Position numbers and translations under genes: made by a program. A DNA stretch of 64,000 nt from Pseudomonas aeruginosa PAO1 (lineage in GTDB: Bacteria; Pseudomonadota; Gammaproteobacteria; Pseudomonadales; Pseudomonadaceae): assembly GCF_000006765.1 (NCBI RefSeq), contig NC_002516.2. One strand, 5' to 3'. Positions within the stretch are counted from its first letter, which is position 1. Every line of letters begins with the position of its first letter. The notes beneath the pieces were generated by a model that was not told where the DNA came from, did no database searches, and saw only the letters and a program-made list of their open reading frames with translations. Below are positions 58,708 through 64,000 of this stretch, piece after piece.

Positions 58708-60249
58708 TCACTCCTGGATCTGCACGACCTGGATCACGTCGCGGCGGTTGGTCGGCTTGCCGCCGAACAGGTTGACGGCGGAGTTGCTGCCGCCGGAACA
58801 GCCGTTGCCGAAGCTGAAGCCACAGCCGGAACGCTCGGCGAAGGCATCGGAAAGCGCTTCCTCGCGGTGCGCGCTGGGGATCACGAAGCGATCCTCGTAG
58901 TTGGCGATGGCCAGGTAGCGGTACATCTCCTCCACCTGCTCCACGCTCAACCCGACCTTGGCCAGCACCTCCAGGTCCTGGCGGCCTTCGACGTGCTCGG
59001 CGCGCTTGTAGGCGCGCATCGCCAGCAGGCGCTTGAGCGCCAGCAGCACCGGCGCGGTGTCGCCGGCGGTGAGCAGGTTGGCCAGGTACTGCACGGGGAT
59101 GCGCAGCGACTCGACGTCCGGGATCACCCCGTCGCTGCCGATGTGCCCCTCGGCGGCGGCGTTCTGGATCGGCGACAGCGGCGGCACGTACCAGACCATC
59201 GGCAGCGTGCGGTATTCCGGGTGCAGCGGCAGGGCCAGCTTCCAGTCCATCGCCAGCTTGTACACCGGCGACTTCTGCGCCGCCTCGATGACGCTGTCGG
59301 CCACCCCATCCTTGCGCGCCTGGGCGATCACCGCCGGGTCGAACGGATCGAGGAAGATCTCCAGTTGCTTCTCGTACAGCTCGCGCTCGTTCTCGCAACT
59401 GGCCACTTCGTGGATACGGTCGGCGTCGTAGAGCAGCACGCCGAGGTAGCGGATGCGCCCGACGCAGGTCTCCGAGCAGACGGTGGGCTGGCCGGCCTCG
59501 ATGCGCGGGTAGCAGAAGATGCACTTCTCGGACTTGCCGCTCTTCCAGTTGAAGTAGATCTTCTTGTACGGGCAGCCGGAGATGCACATCCGCCAGCCGC
59601 GGCACTTGTCCTGGTCGATCAGGACGATGCCGTCCTCCTCGCGCTTGTAGATCGCCCCGCTCGGGCAGGACGCCACGCACGCCGGGTTCAGGCAGTGCTC
59701 GCAGAGGCGCGGCAGGTACATCATGAAGGTGTTCTCGTACTCACCGTAGATGTCCGCCTGGACCTGGTCGAAGTTCTTGTCCTTGCGCCGCTTGGCGAAC
59801 TCGGTGCCGAGGATCTCCTCCCAGTTCGGGCCCCACTCGATCTTCTCCATGCGCTGCCCGGAGACCAGCGAGCGCGGGCGCGCCACCGGCTGGTGCTCGG
59901 CCTTGGGCGCGGTATGCAGGTGCTGGTAGTCGAAGTCGAACGGTTCGTAGTAGTCGTCGATCTCGGGCAGGTCCGGGTTGGCGAAGATGTTCGCCAGCAC
60001 GCGGAACTTGCCGCCGATGCGCGGGCGGATCGAACCGTCTGCCGCGCGCACCCAGCCGCCCTTCCACTTCTCCTGGTTTTCCCATTCCTTCGGGTAGCCG
60101 ATCCCGGGCTTGGTCTCGACGTTGTTGAACCAGGCGTACTCCATGCCTTCGCGGCTGGTCCAGACGTTCTTGCAGGTGATCGAGCAGGTGTGGCAACCGA
60201 TGCATTTGTCGAGGTTCAGCACCATGCCGACTTGCGAACGAATTTTCAT
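58708..60249 (-). CDS. narH: Respiratory nitrate reductase beta subunit
   Basis: LDKCIGCHTCS, CEHCLNPAC and CIFCYPRIE Fe-S motifs. Confidence 0.97.
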   Translation of the reverse strand: MKIRSQVGMVLNLDKCIGCHTCSITCKNVWTSREGMEYAWFNNVETKPGIGYPKEWENQEKWKGGWVRAADGSIRPRIGGKFRVLANIFANPDLPEIDDYYEPFDFDYQHLHTAPKAEHQPVARPRSLVSGQRMEKIEWGPNWEEILGTEFAKRRKDKNFDQVQADIYGEYENTFMMYLPRLCEHCLNPACVASCPSGAIYKREEDGIVLIDQDKCRGWRMCISGCPYKKIYFNWKSGKSEKCIFCYPRIEAGQPTVCSETCVGRIRYLGVLLYDADRIHEVASCENERELYEKQLEIFLDPFDPAVIAQARKDGVADSVIEAAQKSPVYKLAMDWKLALPLHPEYRTLPMVWYVPPLSPIQNAAAEGHIGSDGVIPDVESLRIPVQYLANLLTAGDTAPVLLALKRLLAMRAYKRAEHVEGRQDLEVLAKVGLSVEQVEEMYRYLAIANYEDRFVIPSAHREEALSDAFAERSGCGFSFGNGCSGGSNSAVNLFGGKPTNRRDVIQVVQIQE

Positions 60250-60260
60250 GGCGTCTCTCC

Positions 60261-63200
60261 TCAAATGTCCTGGGGCAGCGGTTGCGGCAGGGCGTCGCCG
60301 CCGAGTCCGCCGTGGCGGGGTTCGTCCAGCCAGTCGACCTTGCTCATCTTGCGCACCACGACGAACTCGTCGCGGTTGCAGCCGACCGTGCCGTAGTAGT
60401 TGAAGCCCCAGGCCTGCTGGGCGTAGCCGCCGATCATGTGGGTCGGCTTGAGCACCACGCGGGTCACCGAGTTGTGGTGGCCGCCACGGGTGCCGGTGGT
60501 CTCGCTGCCGGGTACGTTCACGATGCGTTCCTGGGCGTGGTACATCATCACCATGCCGTCCTTGACCCGCTGGCTGACCACCGCGCGGCAGGTCGCCGCG
60601 CCGTTGGCGTTGAACACCTCGACCCAGTCGTTATCGACGATCCCGGCCTTGGCCGCGTCGTGCTCGCTGAGCCAGATGATCGGACCGCCGCGCGACAGGG
60701 TGAGCATCAGCAGGTTGTCGCTGTAGGTGGAGTGGATGCCCCATTTCTGGTGCGGGGTGATCCAGTTCAGGGTGATCTCCGGGTTGCCGTTGGGCTTCCT
60801 GTTCAACAGTTTCTCGGTGGTCCGGGTGTTGACCGGCGGCCGGTAGCTGACGAAGCCTTCGCCGAACGCCTGCATCCACGGGTGGTCCTGGTAGAACTGC
60901 TGGCGACCGGTGATGGTGCGCCACGGGATCAGCTCGTGGACGTTGGTGTAGCCGGCGTTGTAGCTGACGTGCTCGTCCTCGAGGCCGGACCAGGTCGGGC
61001 TGGAGATGATCTTGCGCGGCTGCACCTGGATGTCGCGGAAGCGGATCTTCTCGTCTTCCTTGGGCAGCGCCAGGTGGGCGTGCTCGCGGCCGGTGATCTT
61101 CGACAGCGCTTCCCAGGCCTTGACCGCGACCTGGCCGTTGGTTTCCGGAGCCAGGGCGAGGACCACCTCGGCGGCGTCGATGGCGCTGTCGATACGCGGC
61201 CGGCCCTGGCTGACGCCGCTCTCGACCACGCGATGGTTGAGGTCGCCGACCAGCTTCACTTCCTTCTCGGTGTTCCAGCCGATGCCCTTGCCGCCGTTGC
61301 CCAGCTTGTCCAGCAGCGGACCGAGCGAGGTGAACTTGCGGTAGACGTTCGGGTAGTCGCGCTCGACCAGGTGCAGCGTCGGCAGGTTGCGTCCCGGCAC
61401 CGGCTCGCACTCGCCCTTCTTCCAGTCATGGCCGTCGCCGCCGAACGGCTGCGCCAGCTCGGTGGGGGTGTCATGCAGCAGCGGCACCGTGACCAGGTCC
61501 TGCTCCACGCCGAGGTGGCCTTCGGCGACGGCGGAGAACTTCTTGGCGATGGCCTTGTAGATCTCCCAGTCGCTCTTGGCTTCCCAGGCCGGATCGGTGG
61601 CCGCCGACAGCGGATGGATGAAGGGGTGCATGTCGGAGGTGTTGAGGTCGTCCTTCTCGTACCAGGTAGCGGTCGGCAGGACGATGTCCGAGTACATGCA
61701 GGTGGAGGACATGCGGAAGTCCAGGGTGGTGACCAGGTCGAGCTTGCCCTCGGCACCGTCGTCGACCCAGTCGACCTCGGTGGGACGCGGACCGCCGGCC
61801 TTGCCGAGGTCATCGTTCATCACCCCGTTCTTCGCCCCGAGCAGGTACTTGAGCATGTACTCGTGCCCCTTGCCGGAGGAGCCCAGCAGGTTGGAGCGCC
61901 AGATGAACATGTTGCGCGGGAAGTTCTGCGGATCGTCCGGCGATTCGCTGGCGAAGCGCAGGCCGCCGCTCTTCAGTTCACGCACCACATAGTCGGCGAC
62001 CGGCAGGCCGGCGGCCTCGGCCTCGGCGGCGATGCGCAGCGGGTTGCGGTTCAGTTGCGGCGCCGACGGCAGCCAGCCGAGGCGTTCGGCCTGGATGTTG
62101 TAGTCCAGGGCGTGTTCGGCGAAGCGGCTGGCGTCGGCCAGCGGCGACAGCACCTCGTGCATCGACAGCTTCTCGTGGCGCCATTGCGAGCTGTGCAGGT
62201 AGAAGAAGCTGGTGCCGTTCATCTGCCGCGGCGGCCGGCTCCAGTCCAGGCCGAAGGCCAGCGGCGCCCAGCCGGTCTGCGGGCGCAGCTTCTCCTGGCC
62301 GACATAGTGCGCCCAGCCGCCGCCGCTTTGGCCGATGCAGCCGCACATCATCAGCATGTTGATGACCGCGCGGTAGTTCATGTCCATGTGGTACCAGTGG
62401 TTCATCGCCGCGCCGATGATCACCATCGCCTTGCCGCGGGTCTTGTCGGCGCTGTCGGCGAACTCGCGGGCGACCTGCGTCGCGCGCGCCGCCGGGACGC
62501 CGGTGATGCGCTCCTGCCAGGCCGGGGTATAGGGCGTGTCGGCGTCCTCGTAGGAGGTCGCCACGTTGTCGCCGCCCAGGCCGCGGTCGATGCTGTAGTT
62601 GGCCATCTGCAGGTCATAGACGGTGGCCACCCGCAGGCGCTTGCCGTCCGCCGCGACGATCTCGCGGAACGGCACCCGGCGCAGCAGTACCTCGTCGTTG
62701 GCGACGCCCTTGAAGTGCGGGTGCTCCTGCCCGGCGAAGTACGGGAAGGCCACCTCGCAGGCATGTTCCGGGCCATCGAGCAGCGACAGTTGCAGGCGCG
62801 TCTGGTCACCGCTCCTGCCGTCCAGCTCGGCGATGTTCCACTTGCCAGACTCGCCCCAGCGGTAGCCGATGGCGCCGGTGGGCGAGACCAGCCCGCCGCT
62901 GCGCTCGTCGTAGGCGATGGTCTTCCACTCGGGGTTGTTGTCCTGGCCGAGGTTGTCCGCCAGGTCGGCGGCGCGCAGGTAGCGGGTCGGCTTGAACGCG
63001 CCGCCGGCGTGTTCTTCCAGCAACACCAGCATCGGCATGTCGGTGTACTGGCGGCAGTAGTCGACGAAGTAGGCGCTCGGCCGGTCGAGGTGGAACTCCT
63101 TCAGGATCACGTGACCGAAGGCCATGCCCAGCGCGGCGTCGGTGCCCTGCTTGGGGTTGAGCCAGAGGTCGGTGAGCTTGGCCACCTCGGAATAGTCCGG

Positions 63201-64000
63201 GGTGATGGAGACGGTCTTGGTGCCCTTGTAGCGCACCTCGGTGAAGAAGTGCGCGTCCGGGGTCCGCGTCTGCGGCACGTTGGAGCCCCAGGCGATGATG
63301 TAGCTGGAGTTGTACCAGTCGGCCGACTCCGGCACGTCGGTCTGCTCGCCCCAGATCTGCGGGCTGGCCGGCGGCAGGTCGCAGTACCAGTCGTAGAAGC
63401 TCAGGCAGACCCCGCCGATCAGCGACAGGTAGCGGGCGCCGGCGGCGTAGCTGACCATCGACATGGCCGGGATCGGCGAGAAGCCGATCACCCGGTCCGG
63501 ACCGTAGGTCTTGGCGGTGTAGACGTTGGCCGCGGCGATGATCTCGGTGACCTCGTCCCAGCTGGAACGGACGAAGCCACCCAGGCCGCGCTGGCTCTTG
63601 TAGCTCTTCGCCTTGGCGGCGTCCTCGACGATGCTGGCCCAGGCGTTCACCGGGTCGCCGTGCTGCGCCCGCGCCTCGCGCCAGAGCTTGAGCAACGGCT
63701 TGCGCACCTTCGGGTACTTCAGGCGGTTGGCGCTGTAGATGTACCAGGAATAGCTGGCCCCGCGCGGGCAGCCGCGCGGCTCGTGGTTGGGCAGGTCCGG
63801 ACGGGTGCGCGGGTAGTCGGTCTGCTGGGTTTCCCAGGTGATCAGGCCGTTCTTCACGTAGATCTTCCAGGAGCAGGAGCCGGTGCAGTTCACCCCGTGG
63901 GTGGAGCGCACGATCTTGTCGTGCTGCCAGCGCTGCCGGTAGGCACCTTCCCAGGCGCGGCTCTCGTTGCTGGTCTCGCCGTGGCCATCGGCGAATTCGC
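60261..64000 (-). CDS. narG: Respiratory nitrate reductase alpha subunit (5' end outside the window)
   Basis: RSTHGVNCTGSCSW and HEPRGCPRG motifs; 1200+ aa frame. Confidence 0.97.
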   Translation of the reverse strand, partial: EFADGHGETSNESRAWEGAYRQRWQHDKIVRSTHGVNCTGSCSWKIYVKNGLITWETQQTDYPRTRPDLPNHEPRGCPRGASYSWYIYSANRLKYPKVRKPLLKLWREARAQHGDPVNAWASIVEDAAKAKSYKSQRGLGGFVRSSWDEVTEIIAAANVYTAKTYGPDRVIGFSPIPAMSMVSYAAGARYLSLIGGVCLSFYDWYCDLPPASPQIWGEQTDVPESADWYNSSYIIAWGSNVPQTRTPDAHFFTEVRYKGTKTVSITPDYSEVAKLTDLWLNPKQGTDAALGMAFGHVILKEFHLDRPSAYFVDYCRQYTDMPMLVLLEEHAGGAFKPTRYLRAADLADNLGQDNNPEWKTIAYDERSGGLVSPTGAIGYRWGESGKWNIAELDGRSGDQTRLQLSLLDGPEHACEVAFPYFAGQEHPHFKGVANDEVLLRRVPFREIVAADGKRLRVATVYDLQMANYSIDRGLGGDNVATSYEDADTPYTPAWQERITGVPAARATQVAREFADSADKTRGKAMVIIGAAMNHWYHMDMNYRAVINMLMMCGCIGQSGGGWAHYVGQEKLRPQTGWAPLAFGLDWSRPPRQMNGTSFFYLHSSQWRHEKLSMHEVLSPLADASRFAEHALDYNIQAERLGWLPSAPQLNRNPLRIAAEAEAAGLPVADYVVRELKSGGLRFASESPDDPQNFPRNMFIWRSNLLGSSGKGHEYMLKYLLGAKNGVMNDDLGKAGGPRPTEVDWVDDGAEGKLDLVTTLDFRMSSTCMYSDIVLPTATWYEKDDLNTSDMHPFIHPLSAATDPAWEAKSDWEIYKAIAKKFSAVAEGHLGVEQDLVTVPLLHDTPTELAQPFGGDGHDWKKGECEPVPGRNLPTLHLVERDYPNVYRKFTSLGPLLDKLGNGGKGIGWNTEKEVKLVGDLNHRVVESGVSQGRPRIDSAIDAAEVVLALAPETNGQVAVKAWEALSKITGREHAHLALPKEDEKIRFRDIQVQPRKIISSPTWSGLEDEHVSYNAGYTNVHELIPWRTITGRQQFYQDHPWMQAFGEGFVSYRPPVNTRTTEKLLNRKPNGNPEITLNWITPHQKWGIHSTYSDNLLMLTLSRGGPIIWLSEHDAAKAGIVDNDWVEVFNANGAATCRAVVSQRVKDGMVMMYHAQERIVNVPGSETTGTRGGHHNSVTRVVLKPTHMIGGYAQQAWGFNYYGTVGCNRDEFVVVRKMSKVDWLDEPRHGGLGGDALPQPLPQDI

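Overview
GC-rich gammaproteobacterial chromosome. Gene content and order identify it as Pseudomonas aeruginosa (exoS+ type), syntenic with the secD...narG interval; from memory this is roughly PAO1 PA3821-PA3875, not checked against a database. Most of the window is core genome: secD-yajC-tgt-queA, tRNA-Leu(CAA), lptFG, pepA-holC-valS, an ABC transporter, rlmF, exoS-spcS, pcs, rhlB, dauBAR, moaA and narGHJI. Two accessory segments stand out. (1) 48878-55207 is a 6330-bp transposon-like unit with 184-bp TGT...ACA terminal inverted repeats containing seven short internal repeats, and a 6-bp target duplication (GCTATG). It carries a decayed resolvase/DDE transposase/AAA ATPase module (Tn552-like layout) and, as cargo, an intact S-type pyocin with a colicin E5-like tRNase (pyocin S4 type) plus its immunity gene. 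Removing it restores a broken molybdopterin-oxidoreductase-like frame. (2) About 16.2-18.9 kb is an AT-rich island downstream of valS holding a collapsed Rhs-type polymorphic toxin gene, a toxin tip, two immunity-like ORFs and a small secreted protein. Start codons were chosen by eye from RBS position and homology. Family assignments rest on motif recognition, not searches.
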